Below are positions 23,270-36,007 of a stretch of DNA of 64,000 nucleotides, one piece after another. Under the pieces are notes generated by a model, which had not been told where the DNA came from, made no database searches, and was given only the letters and a program-made list of their open reading frames with translations. The translations under genes were made by a program, and so were the position numbers. The DNA is from Stegostoma tigrinum (Eukaryota), in the NCBI RefSeq assembly GCF_030684315.1, contig NC_081366.1:6510001-6574000 (forward strand), read 5' to 3'. Position 1 is the first letter of the stretch. The number at the start of each line of letters is the position of its first letter.

Positions 23270-25681
23270 CTCACTAAGTATAGCTTTCTCCCCGTTTACA
23301 ACGATTTCCCTCCAAGCTTTGTTATTTTCTGTGGACGTGCTGGGGAAATGGACGTCCCTCTTTAGCGAACATGTGTCATAACGAAAACTTTGGGAAAGTG
23401 GATCGCCCCCAAATACTTCAACATAGTTGGGGGTAATCTGTAGGTTCCGGCTGGCTTTCTGAATTCCATTTCTCGATTCAAAGCAGCAACATGTGCCCAA
23501 AAAACATATGCGTCCATCAAAAGCAGCTCTGCTTCCATTAAGCTTAATAGCCAGTATGATTAAAACCACCAAAAAAACCGACGAGATAATTCCCAAAGAA
23601 ATAACTAAGTACAGGTTGGTATCAAAAGTGAAGCCAGGGCTTTCAGCTAAACTGCCTGGGTCATTGAGCATTTCCGCACTGCCTTCTACAATTGTCAGGA
23701 TGATAGTAATTGTCGCTGTAAGTGCTGGTACTCCATTGTCATTTACAAGGATATCTAACTTCTGCTTGTTTGCATCTGTCTTTGTAATCCTTCGGGTTGT
23801 CCATATTTCACCCGTTTCCAATGAAATCGTAAAAAGTCCCCAATTGTTATCATGGAAAATCCGATAGGATAGGTGAGCATTTTGCCCTGAGTCTGCATCA
23901 GTGGCCGTTACCTTGGTCACGAGATACCCTGGATCCGCCAATTGGGGTAGGGTCTCTGTCACTGTTGACCCATACTCAGTTATCGGATGCACAATCACTG
24001 GAGCGTTGTCATTCTGATCAAGGATAATGATGTCTATGGAGACGTTGCTAGCGAGTTGTGGGACTCCACGATCACGCGCTTGAACTCGGACCTGCAAGTT
24101 TTTTAATTGCTCGTGGTCAAAAGATCGAAAGGAATATATCACGCCACTCTCTGAATTTATGTGGATGTACCTGCTTACCGATTCGCCCTGAACCTGGCTC
24201 TCCAGGATATAATAGGACAGCTGGCCGTTTTGCCCTAGGTCGGGATCCGAAGCTGACACCGAGAAAATGGACGCATCGATTTCGTTATTCTCCATCACGT
24301 AGGCTGTGAGGGACGGTTGCGCAAACTGTGGCGCGTTGTCATTCCTGTCTGAAACTTCAACCACAATGGTTTTGTTGGTGGAGAGAGGCGGGGTTCCGCC
24401 ATCGTTACAAGTGATAGTCACATCATAGGTAGAGAAGGATTCGCGGTCCAGCCGTTCCTGCGTGATCAACCGTAAATACTTCTTGGAGGACGAATCCAGT
24501 GCGAAGGGAAGATGATTGCCGATTTTACACTGCAGCTGCCCAAATTTTCCGGAATCCCTGTCTGACGCACTGATCAGGGCTACTACAGTTCCAGGCAGAG
24601 AGTCTTCTGGAACAGGGCTGGATAAGGATGTCAGCGTCACTTCAGGGGCATTATCATTGACATCAATAATGTTCAACACAACATGACAGTATGTTGGGTT
24701 GGCATTAAGTCCCTGGTCCTTTGCTTGTACAATAAATTCGAAAACGTTAACATCCTCATAGTCCAAATTCGCTTTGGTTCTGATCTCGCCCGTTTTCGAA
24801 TCCAAACCAAACAGTTCACGGACTTCAGCAGATGCAACACTACTGAAAGAGTACACAATCTCTCCATTAGAACCATCATCTAAATCCGTGGCGTTTACCC
24901 GCAGAGCCAAGGACCCTTTAGTTATATTCTCTGCCAGGCTGACTCTGTAAACCGATTGCAGGAAAAATGGCTCATTGTCGTTGGCATCTTCAACTATGAT
25001 ATTGATCTGGGTAGTACCAGACCTCTCGGGTACCCCGCCGTCTTTGGCCAACAGCAGTAGCCTGTGGATCGATTGCTTCTCTCTGTCCAGGGGCTTTTCT
25101 AGCACTAGTACGGGTAACTTCCCATCTCCAATGCCCGCCTCAACATTTAACAAGAAGTATTCATTTGCAACCAGCTGGTAGGTCTGTACGGAGTTAATTC
25201 CAACATCAGGATCGTGCGCGCACTCGAGGGGAAAACGCTTACCCGGCGCAGCAACTTCGGAGATTTCAAGGCGGACCTGGCCCTTCGGGAAACTGGGAGC
25301 GTTGTCATTTATATCGCGAATCTCCACCTCGATCTGATGCAAATTCAAAGGATTTTCAAGCACAGCTTCCAAAGACAAAACGCAAGTGAGACGAGGGCCG
25401 CAGATTTGTTCCCTGTCAACCTTTTCATTTACGAACAGAATCCCATTGTGTAAATTGACTTCCAAATATCGCTGATTTGGACCCGATACAAGTCGAAAAT
25501 TCCGAGCAGATAGCTGCTGGACATCAAATCCCAAATCGTCAGCAACGTTTCCAACGAATGCACCCAGATGCAATTCTTCAGGAATCGAGTAACGAATTTC
25601 TCCTAAAATTAGATCCCAGGAGATAAACATGCAAAATAGCAGTTTCGATTTTAAAAAGTAAAATATATTGTAACATCTCAT
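23270..25681 (-). CDS. Clustered protocadherin variable exon V5
   Basis: ATG at 25681 (MRCYNIFY...), EIRYSIPEE, six EC repeats, TM and the conserved cytoplasmic motif. Phase-0 donor AGTGAG|GTGAGG at 23270. Confidence 0.95.
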
Positions 25682-25920
25682 TGCCAGTATTAAGCATTCC
25701 AATTGTTTCACCGCAGCTCCGTAGCATTCGGCGTTTCCTTAAGATTAGAATTGTTTGTGCCGAGTTTCATTACTGAAAAGGCTGCAATGCAGGGAAAATG
25801 TCTTCACCTTTTAAGTGATGCTCGAAATAGTTTCAAAAAGGCCTCTATTTTGTGGTTAAAATCCCAATGAATGCATCGGCGAAAACGATCGCAAACCCTC
25901 TATAGCTCGCTGACCAATTT

Positions 25921-26096
25921 CACATTGTCTCGGGCTGAGTGCGATGCTAGTTGGGAAGGGAAGCGACAGGCCGGATCACCACCAAGTTTCTAGCTTCTGA
26001 TTGGCAGACTCACGTTCAACCAATCAGAATAAAACTCATTTCTTAAAGGTAGAATGTTCCCCTAAATCATTGTTATTCCAAATTTTTGTTGCACAA
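25921..26096 (-). promoter_or_regulatory. Pcdh V5 promoter
   Basis: G-rich tract, GGATCACC, ATTGG 26000, CCAAT 26020, TTCTTAAAGGT, TTGTTGCACAA. Confidence 0.8.
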
Positions 26097-26839
26097 CCAA
26101 AAAACGCAAATTCTTTCTTAAAGCTGTGGAAGTTTCCGTCTTTCTGCAAAATTGATCTTTTAAACAGTTATGGATACACTGAACATTTGAAAACCTACAC
26201 TGCTTGGAGAGCAAGGTAAGAAATACATTTTTATTCTGATGAGTTACTGGACTTGAAACATTAACTTTCCATAGTTGCTGTCAGACACACTGAGTTCCAC
26301 CTGCAATTTCTGTTTTTTTTCCAGATCTGCAGCGTCTCTATTTCTTTGTTGGACTGTTATGTGTATCTCATTTCATTGAATTCTGATCGTTCTCAGCCAA
26401 ATCACAGGCTTTAGTGTATATTATCATTTGGATACATTTAAATAGTTTTATCTTTTTTCTGTCGTTAGCAGAACAAAGTCAGTAATGCTAATCATATTTC
26501 AGATAGTGTAGAGGAACAATAGTTCATTGTAACAGGGGTTGGCATTTTGTGAAGGTTGAGTCAAGGATCAGTATTCTTCCTACAAAGATGACAAGTCTGC
26601 TAGATGTTTAGAAACAATGTGCACAAAATCTAATTAGAGAAAGTACAGGTCTTAATAGGTGGACAAGTGGGCCTAGTGTCCAAGCAGTGGGCAGAGAAGA
26701 TCATAAAACTGTACAGTACATATGCCTGTGCCATCTGTTTGAAAGAGCAGCCTTCTTACTCTTGACTCTCACCCTCATTTTTCCAATCAGTCATTTTCAA
26801 TAGTCAAATGACCATTTCAACTGCATTCGTTCTAGACCA

Positions 26840-28050
26840 AGCTGATCATCCACGTCAATGTCACATTCACAATTTCTCAAATAGCGATTGACCACATTAG
26901 TGTGTAGAAATCTACCAATCCTTGCTTTTAACTTGTAATACCATCTGGGATGGAGAATTCCAAATATCATCATCACTGAATGATGATTTCCTCCTCATCT
27001 CATTCCTAAATAGCTGCCGTTTGCTTTGAAGTTGCATATTGTGGCTCTAGACACACTGGCCAAAGGAAACACTGTTTTTCATCCAAACTTTCCTATGCCT
27101 TTAAGGCTTTCCTACATTGTTACGAGCTCTCCTGTCATTTTTTAAAACTCCAATTAATAAAGGCCTACAATTCTTTGTATCTACTTATAGCTTAATCCCA
27201 TCATCCCAGGAATCAGCCTACTGAATGTCCATGACAACCTGTCTCTGGGTGAGTATAAGCTTCCTCACGCAAGGTGACCAGAAATGCACACAATGCACCA
27301 GGTCCAATTTGACAACTGTTCCACACAATTGAAACTAGACGTGATTTCTCTTGTAGTCAAATTAAGTAGCAGCCCCTATCAATATCCTGGGGTTTACCAT
27401 CGACCAGAAGCTGAACTGGAGAAACTAAATAAATACTGTGGCTACAAGGACAGGTCATATATTAGAAATCCTGTAATAACAAATTTACCTTCTGCTATCC
27501 CCAAAAAACTGTCCATTATCGACAAGGGACAGGTCAGTAGTGTAATGGAATATTCTCCATTTGCCTAGATGAGTGCATCTCCAACACCAATCGAAAAGCC
27601 TGACACCACCCCACAACAATCCAGTCCACTAGATTAATGCCACATTTACAAAAAAATCATTCCCTCCATCACTGATACTTAGTAGCAGCAGTGTGCACCA
27701 TCAACAACATACATTGCAGAAATTCGCCATGTCCTCTTAGGCAACACCTTATTAACTCACAACCACTACTATTTGGAGGGACAAATGTATCACATACATG
27801 GGAGTGCCATCACTTGCATATTCCGTCTAAGGTGGTCACAATTCTGACTTCAAAACATATTACTGCACCTTTACAGTCATTAGGTCAAAACCTGACAACT
27901 CCCTCCCAGGTGGTAGTACGGGTGTTGTTGCAACAAATTAACTACAATGGTTTAGAAGACAACTCCTATCAGCGTTTCATGTGCAACTAGAGAAGGGCAG
28001 TAAATGCTGACACAGTCAGTTAAATCCTCATTTCATGAGTGAATTTGACA
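26840..28050. mobile_element. Adjacent degenerate LINE fragments (minus-strand CR1-like piece, then a plus-strand LINE 3' part)
   Basis: CR1-like antisense phrases (TTTCCTCCTCATCTC...CCCAGGAATCAGCCTACTGAA). From ~27370, CTGGGGTTTACCATCGACCAGAAGCTGAACTGG...GGAATATTCTCCATTTGCCTAGATG, related to 34290-34850. Confidence 0.5.
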
Positions 28051-29079
28051 AAGGCATCCTAATGTGGGAAAGACAAACATATTGCTTGTCTTCCACAATC
28101 CTTGTTGCATCTGCAGACGAGTTTTCAGTGAAGTGTATTATGATTGCACGTTCCTCTATTACCTATTGTGTTGCCTAACAATATGTATCCTTACATAAAG
28201 TTATCCTAAATTGATTAGCAGTTTCATATGAAACAGTTGATGTCCAAAAAAATCGCTTTTGATGAACTGTGCTCTGCTCCAATGTTTCCCATAAGGAATT
28301 ACACACAACTGCGTTGGATAGATCAGAAAGGATCACTGCAATCTTCTCAAAGCTAATTAGGGATAAGTAATAAATGCTGACCTTGCCAACAATGCTCTTA
28401 CTCCAGTGACAATGTCTTAGCAAAATAATCCACCCAACACCCTCGAAAATTAATTAAATTTCTGTTATATTTTTCTGAATATAAAATGTGATACATTTTA
28501 CCGTGGGGACATCAGATTCCATGGAGACATATAGATTTGATTAGTAGGTAGTTCCGAAGTTTTATTTCGGACATTACCCTTTTTTTGCACCAAGAAAAGA
28601 TACTTTCCACTTAAGGGCACTGAACTGGACTTCATAACTGTAGATGCGGCTACCAAAAATATATGTATCCTTCTGATCTGGGCTGCAGTACAGTTCATTA
28701 GTTGCTTTGTCACCGAGCTCAACATACGTCTTTCTAATGACAGATCTTTGATGACAGCACACCTGTACTGTGTGCATACAATGACTTGGTATGGTGCACC
28801 CTGACAATTAATGGCAGCTAAGGAAATGGGCAAAACACATTAAGTGTTACAAATGATTACACCTTTCCGCATTTGGAAGCACTCTCCTAAGCACCATTCA
28901 GAGTTTGGAGCTTGCTTTGCACATAATGTGCAGAAACTAAAAAGAAAAAAAAAGGCAAAAATTGCAAGTTCAGACATCTCTGCAACTCAGACGTACCAAA
29001 CAAAACAGTTCAGTGCGTTTAACAGTAGAAATTCGTGGGTTCAGATATAACCAGTAAAGTTGCATTACCACTGGCTCAC

Positions 29080-31545
29080 CTCACTAATGTTCCTACAATT
29101 AGAAATTGATGCTTGTGGTTTTTCTTGATCCCAAATTGTTTCATTGCCGATACTATTCTTGCCGGTGGATGAGCTACACTGGTTGAAGTACAAGAACTTT
29201 CCTTTGGTCAAATCTGAAGTCGTGCATGTTCCATACCGGAAACTCTGAGATAGTGGATCTCCCCCAAACACTTCAATGTAGTTCGGAGGTATTTGAATAT
29301 TTCTGCTGGCTTTTTGAATCCCATTCAACGAGTTCCTTGCTCGGAAGCAGCAACACAAATCCAGGGCACAGTGAGGGCCACCGCGCCCATTTCTGGTTTT
29401 ATGGACTGCAATTGCAAGAGCAATTAAAACAAGTAGGAAAATGGCCGAAATACTCCCTAAAAATATAACTATGTAAAAACTAGTGTGTTTAGACAAACCA
29501 GAATCGGCAGATAAATTACTCATATCAGAGAGCATTTCTGCATCGCCCTCCACCAGTGACAAGATAAGAGTCATTGTGGCAGAGAGCATTGGTGTTCCGT
29601 TGTCGCTGACGGTCACGACTATCGTTTGTTTCTTTGCATCTCTGCCCGTGAAGCCACGGACTACCCAAATTTCTCCTGTATCAGGTGAGATAGTGAAAAG
29701 TCCAGAATCAGTAGACTGAAGAATCTGATAATTCAGTCGAGCATTCTGGCCTGAGTCAGCATCCGTTGCTGTTACCTTAGTGATCAGGTAGCCTGGCTCT
29801 GCGAACTTTGACACTGTCTCCAATGCTGTTGAACCGTACTCCATGGAAGGGTGAATGATCACTGGGGCGTGGTCATTCTGGTCCAGAATAATTATATCCA
29901 CGGAAGTGTTGCTTGTGAGTGGTGGCTCTCCGGAGTCCCGTGCCTGGATTTGGACCTGAAAGTTTCTCAGTTGCTCGTAATCAAAAGTTCTCTGAGAATA
30001 AATCACCCCATTTTTGGAATTGATACTCAAATAAGTGTACACCGGCTCGTTCTGAACCTGGCTGTCGAGGATAGAGTAGATTAATCGGGCATTTTGGTTC
30101 AAATCTGGATCAAGAGCTGTTACTGCGAAGATTGAAGACCCAATAGCGTTGTTCTCCATCACCTGGGCTGTATACAAAGTCTGCGTAAAGCGTGGCGCAT
30201 TGTCGTTTGTATCCGAGATTTCCACGCGAATTGTTTTCCTGGATGTCAGAGGAGGAGATCCTGAATCACTGCAACGAATACTAATGTCATACGTCGAAAC
30301 ATTTTCTCGATCTAGCAGCTGATGACTCAGCAACCTGTAATAGTTGTTTAATGATGAATCTAATCTGAATGAAAGGCTATTTGCTATTTCACAGTTTACC
30401 CGTCCATTCTCTCCTGAATCTTTGTCGGATACACTGATCAGAGCAACCGCAGTCCCGGGTTTGGAGTCTTCCCTAATGGGACTGAACAACGAGGTTAGAG
30501 TCACGTCAGGTGCGTTATCATTCACGTCAATAATGTTAACTAAAATGTGGCAGTACCCGGGATTTGGATTAATTCCCTGGTCCAGCGCTTGCATGTTAAT
30601 CTCAAAGGCGTTGTCTTTTTCATAGTCCAAAGTCCCTTTAACTCTGATTTCCCCAGTTTTAGAATCCACACTGAATAGCTCACGGACTCTGACAGAGGTA
30701 TGACTGCTGAACGAGTACAATATCTCTCCATTGGATCCATCATCTATATCAGTAGCATTCAGTTTAATAACCAACTTTCCTTTGGGTGAGTTTTCTAACA
30801 GACTAACTGTGTAGACTGAGTTTGGGAAGATGGGTGCATTGTCATTCTCATCCTGCACGACAATTATAATTTCAGCAGTACCTGATTTGGGAGGAACCCC
30901 GCCGTCCTTGGCAATTAGTTCTAACCGATGGGTCGATTGTATTTCTCTATCTAAGGCCCGTTCCAGCACTAACACTGGCAACTTTCCGTCCCCGCCTCGC
31001 GAATCAACATGCAGTATGAAATATTCGTTAGGAACCAGTTGGTACGTTTGCAGGGAATTAGTTCCAACGTCCGGATCGCGCGCGTACTCCATGGCAAAGC
31101 GCGCTCCCGGTGCGGTAAGCTCGGAGATTTTAAGGCGAAACTGGCTGTTCGGAAAACTGGGAGCATTGTCGTTTACATCAAGAATCTCCACTTCAAGGTG
31201 ATACACAGTCAAGGGATTCTCGATCACCGCCTCCAAAGACAACGTGCAAGTGAGGCCTGATCCACAGAGCTGTTCCCTGTCAATTTTTTCTTTCACAAAC
31301 AAATTCCCATTGTTTAAGTTTACCTCCAAATACTGCTTCCGGGGACCAGACACAACACGAAAATTGCGAGCCGTGAGCTGCTTTGCACGTATTCCCAGAT
31401 CATCTGCAATATTTCCAACAAAGGCGCCTGGTTGTAGCTCCTCGGGAATCGAATAACGAATTTGTCCAGAAACCACAGACCAGAATAGGGATAGACAATG
31501 CACCAGTTGCCAAGTTAACCACCAATATATTTGATAACATCCCAT
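29080..31545 (-). CDS. Clustered protocadherin variable exon V6
   Basis: ATG at 31545 (MGCYQIYW...), six EC repeats, TM, GIQKASRNIQIPPNYIEVFGGDPLSQSFRY. Phase-0 donor AGTGAG|GTGAGC at 29080. Confidence 0.95.
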
Positions 31546-31777
31546 CGCCAGTACAAAACATTCCAATTGCTTCAGCGTTGTGCGCCGCTGGTAATTCAGT
31601 GTTTAAAATCGAGGTCTTCATGTATCATTTTCTTGGAGAAGTGAAGCTACAGTGCATAACATACGTTCAATTTTTCCAATTCACTGATATTCTTCCAGAC
31701 AAACATTCCCTTTTTTCTGAAAAATCTCAACAACGCACAAACCTCACAAATGCTCCGTAGCTCGCCATTCCATTCTC

Positions 31778-31951
31778 CACTGTATCCGATTGTGTATGAG
31801 CAGACAAGGGGGCAGTCAAGATCTCCACTTACATTGCAGTTTCTGATTGGGCAGGAGGGAGCTCTCACGTTCAACCAATCACCGTACAGACGACTTCTTA
31901 AAGCTGGAATGACTTGGCAGATCTTTTTAGTTAACATTTATGGTTGTGCAA
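31778..31951 (-). promoter_or_regulatory. Pcdh V6 promoter
   Basis: CACTGTATCCGAT, AAGGGGGCAGTC, AGATCTCC, ATTGG 31846, CCAAT 31875, TTCTTAAAGCT, TTTATGGTTGTGCAA. Confidence 0.8.
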
Positions 31952-33089
31952 CTAAAATTAAGATCCTTTTATTTCGGGCATAACTTCCGTTCCCTTTCCT
32001 AAAATTTTACTTGTGAGATGTTTCATAGTGAATAACCAGATCAGTATTACCTCCTCCATCTACTAAGCACATTTCTTTAGACCCTACTTATCATGGTAGC
32101 CAGTAATTTTCTTGTGTTTCAACATATACATATGCCGAACTGAAATTAACCATCAACTTGTGAACATATAATACTTATTGCATTCTCGTCTACAGTGGCA
32201 ACATTCCATGACACACTAACAGGATCACTTGAAGTTAAGAAAAGCCTGATAAATATTATTACCATAAAATAAAAAGTAAAATATTGTGGTTGCTGGAGAT
32301 CTGAATTAAAAGCAAAATATATTGGAAAACTTCAGAAAATCTTCAGAGACATAAACAGAATTAATGTTTTAAGTTTTTGTGGAACATTCACAGAGAGGCA
32401 CATTGGACTCAAAGCATGAACTCTGCTTTTCTCTCTTCTCAGCCGCAACGACATCTCCTAAGTTGCTCTCACACATTTCGATTTTATTTAAATATAATTT
32501 CACTGTCATCTGCAAGGTGAATTATGACTAGTTTTGAATTCTTGACGGATTGGGGATTAGATGGCAGTCGGGAAAATGTAGGGGTTGTGTACGGGGTGAG
32601 AAAACAGGCCTGGTCAAGTTTGTATTCTAATCAATATGAAAATACATGATGTAGCCTCTCAATTCATACTAATGCTCACCAGGCATGCAATAGTGGGATT
32701 TACTGTTTACAGCATTCTATAATTGACGACCATGTTTTGGAGAATGACTTAAAGTAATGCATGAACCATTAATTTTTTCAATGTAAGCTTGCAATTGCAT
32801 TTATACAGACACAAGATAATGTATTTGTATGAATAGGAGAGTTCCAAAACTATCAAGATGATGTATTAATTTTGTTTGACTTTTTTTTCTGGAAAATATG
32901 GCAAGGATATGAATTTCTGCCAGAGCCCTCAGCAAGTTCAAATCTTATTTGTTTGGATCTATTTCAAATCCAGTCTTTCCATTACTACTTTACAGACTCT
33001 GTTTGGGACGGCAATCCTGCTGTCAATGGCCACATTCTGTACTTGTGTGGGTGCCTCTAAGCCGAGATGTCTTTGCTGCAGTTAAAATA

Positions 33090-33440
33090 CAAACGATTAG
33101 ACAGTGTAAGTAATGGTTGAGGCCGGGAGAGAATGGATAGTCATAGTTTGTTCTCCACAGGAGAAATGTCAACTACTAGGGAACGTAGGCTTAAGGTAGA
33201 GGAGTAAGTTCAAAGGAGATGTGAGAAACAGGCTTTCTACACAATGGATGGTAAGTGTCTGGGCTGTGCTATCAGTTAAGGTGGTACAGGTGGATACAAC
33301 AGCAAAGTTTAAGAAACATCTTGACCTAGTTATGAGTAGGCAGAGTACAGCAGATGCAAACCACGTAGAGCCAAAAGTTTTTTTTTAGCTCAGCAAGGCC
33401 TTATGTGTTGATACAGTCTTGGTGGATCAAATGGCTTGCT
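33090..33440 (+). mobile_element. Degenerate CR1 LINE 3' fragment (paralog at ~52560-52930)
   Basis: GAAATGTCAACTACTAGGGAACGTAGGCTTAAGGT...AAGTTCAAAGGAGATGTGAGA is typical of the CR1 ORF2 end. Confidence 0.6.
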
Positions 33441-33451
33441 GTTGTTCTTTG

Positions 33452-33607
33452 AGTGATAATGGGAACTGCAGATGCTGGAGAATCCGAGATAATAAAATGT
33501 GAGGCTGGATGAACACAACAGGCCAAGCAGCATCTCAGGAGCACAAAAGCTGACGTTTCGGGCCTAGACTGTTCATCAGAGAGGGGGATGGGGTGAGGGT
33601 TCTGGAA
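33452..33607 (-). mobile_element. Short Penelope-derived insertion with hammerhead-like motif and 11-bp target-site duplication
   Basis: TSD GTTGTTCTTTG at 33441-33451 and 33608-33618. Minus strand reads CTGATGAACAGTCTAGGCCCGAAACGTC. The insertion is absent from the paralogous site near 52920. Confidence 0.75.
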
Positions 33608-33759
33608 GTTGTTCTTTGTAGTGTCCACACTTTCAATGCTTATAGATAGAACATAGAAAGAAATGTCTATGAATTTAAAAAGAATCCTAATATGATATGG
33701 ACGATAGAGAAATTGCTAAACACGACTTCACAACGTACTGGAATTACTTTTACTCACAG

Positions 33760-34255
33760 TAGAGTCATAGAGTCATATAGCACTGAAACAGACCACTCCC
33801 TCTAACCATTCCAATGCCGACCATAATACCAAGCTAAACGAGCTCCATCTGCCTACGTATGACCCATATACCCCCAAACATGCCTTATTCATGTACTTAT
33901 TTAAATGCCTTTTAAACATTGTAATTATACCCGCATTCACCAATTCCTCTGGAAGTTCTTCTTACACATCTACCATTCTCGGTGTTAAAAAAGGCCCTGA
34001 ATAAACTTTTAAAATCTTTTCCCACACACCTTAAAAAATGCCCCCATCATTTAAATACATCTTCTATTCACCTTATCTAGATACTTCATGAATTTATAAG
34101 ACTCTGAAATGTCACTCTCAACCTCCTCGGGTCCTGTGGAAAAGGGACCTGCTGATCCAGCTTCTCCTGATCAACCATGCTGTTCATTCCTGGCAACATC
34201 CTTTCAAATATCAGTTGAATCATCTCTAACTTCATAATATCCTTTTTATAACAAG
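33760..34255 (-). mobile_element. CR1 LINE 3' fragment (paralog at ~53060-53660)
   Basis: AGAGTCATAGAGTCATATAG tail, with a body similar to 4045-4415. Confidence 0.65.
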
Positions 34256-34289
34256 ATAATTTTAAATTGGAAATTGTAAAAAAGAGTAG

Positions 34290-34850
34290 GTGAGGCACTA
34301 GAAAATAATTCACTCCATGATTCCCCAAAGCCTGCCCACCGTCTACAAGGCACGATTCAGGAGTGTCACAGATATTCCACACTTGCCTGGATGGTTGCTA
34401 TCGTAACAATATTCAAAAATCTTGACACTGTACAGGACAAAGCAGTCCACTTTATTGACACCATATCCACAAGTATCTACTCCTTCCATCACCAATACTC
34501 TTCACTCTGCAATGCGTGCACTCTCGATAATATGTTCTGCAGAAATTCTCTAAAGATCCCAGATAAGATATTCGAATTCCATTATCTATTCCATGTAGAA
34601 GTATAAGGACAGCAGTTACTTAGGAACAACACCACCGAAAAATTCCTCTCCAAGCCACTTATGTTCCTGGTTTGGAAAAAGATATTGCCATCGCTGTATC
34701 AAGATCCTGGAATACCTCCATAATGGCATTGTGGGTCAACCTACATCAAATGAGCAGCAAGGGGGCAGCTTGCTAGCAGCGTCGGAAGGGCAACATGGAG
34801 GGGCAATAAATGCTGCCCAGCGAGTGACACTCATGTCCCAGGAGTGAATA
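34290..34850 (+). mobile_element. Degenerate LINE 3' fragment (partial paralog at 39345-39670)
   Basis: CCCCAAAGCCTGCCCACCGTCTACAAGGCAC...CAGGACAAAGCAGTCCAC...GGGCAATAAATGCTG. Confidence 0.5.
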
Positions 34851-35646
34851 AAAATAAACAACTCCTGGAGACACCTCCACATTGCAGTAAGTCAGGAATT
34901 TCGAGAAGAAATGTTTATTATGAAGTAAACTAAATAAGTATGTTTGGGTATTAAATAACAGTCTTATTCTTAGATTAGTAATGAAACATTTATCCAAAGT
35001 TTTACACATCCAAGCAGCAACCTCTTGTTCTTTACCAATTGGCCAGAAATTGAAATGGCGAAGAATAAAGTTGCCACAGTGCTACTGACCCTCAGAACTG
35101 CTCTCTCAAATGGTATGGATGAATGGCCACCGTTTAACCCAAGGATCACCACACCTTAGGTGGCTGAGAGATTAGCCATGAGATTCCTTCCATGGTAACC
35201 TCACAAATGCAGGTGTGGAATGCCTGTGGGCGTTACCTTGCATTAAAATCCTGCTATCATGTCAACTGAGTGAAGTGACAACGACAATTAGACAAGCATG
35301 GTGACTACAAGTGAAAATCAGAACCAATGATTCTGGGTAAGTATTTCATGACCTGACTCCTCAGACCAGTTCGGAGTTTATAACTTACAGATTAGGACTG
35401 TAATGGAATGCGTACAATTTACCTGGATGTATGCAGAGCCAACAACAATCAAGATATTTAATGCCATACAGAAGCAAGCAGACTGTTTAACTGGAACACC
35501 ACGCAATTTCTTCAATATCTACTTCCCCTACTGTTAATGCACAGTGGCAGTAGTGTGTATCATCTGCAAAACGCACTGCAGCAACACACCAAGGCTTTTG
35601 TGGTATTCATGCAAACACATGAATAGCACCTAGAAGGGCAAGAATA

Positions 35647-35649
<3 letters not shown>

Positions 35650-35729
<80 letters not shown>
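35650..35729. repeat. (CA)n microsatellite
   Basis: About 40 CA units with one interruption. Confidence 0.98.
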
Positions 35730-35731
<2 letters not shown>

Positions 35732-36007
35732 GCTGTGTAAGGAATTCTGTCCTGACACAGCTGTATAACATGGTTTCAAAGCTGTCGTGGAGTCAAATCA
35801 TAGCATTCCCTTCCTAAATGCAGTCTGAATATACCAACGCCAACGCCACATGGAAGATATCAGTTCGGGAAGGCACTGACAAACCACCTTCTTCAGGACA
35901 ACTGGGGCCATACAAAAGTGTTGGCCAAACAGTGATGCTCACATTGCTTCAAAGAATAAAAAAAATAAAGCTGAAAGGACCTTATTCCAATTTTCGAATG
36001 GTCTCAC

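Noticed and set aside
34755-34770. CTCF-like CAGCAAGGGGGCAGC
   Set aside because: The 5' half matches poorly, it lies inside a LINE remnant, and it is not kept in the paralogous segment near 39570.
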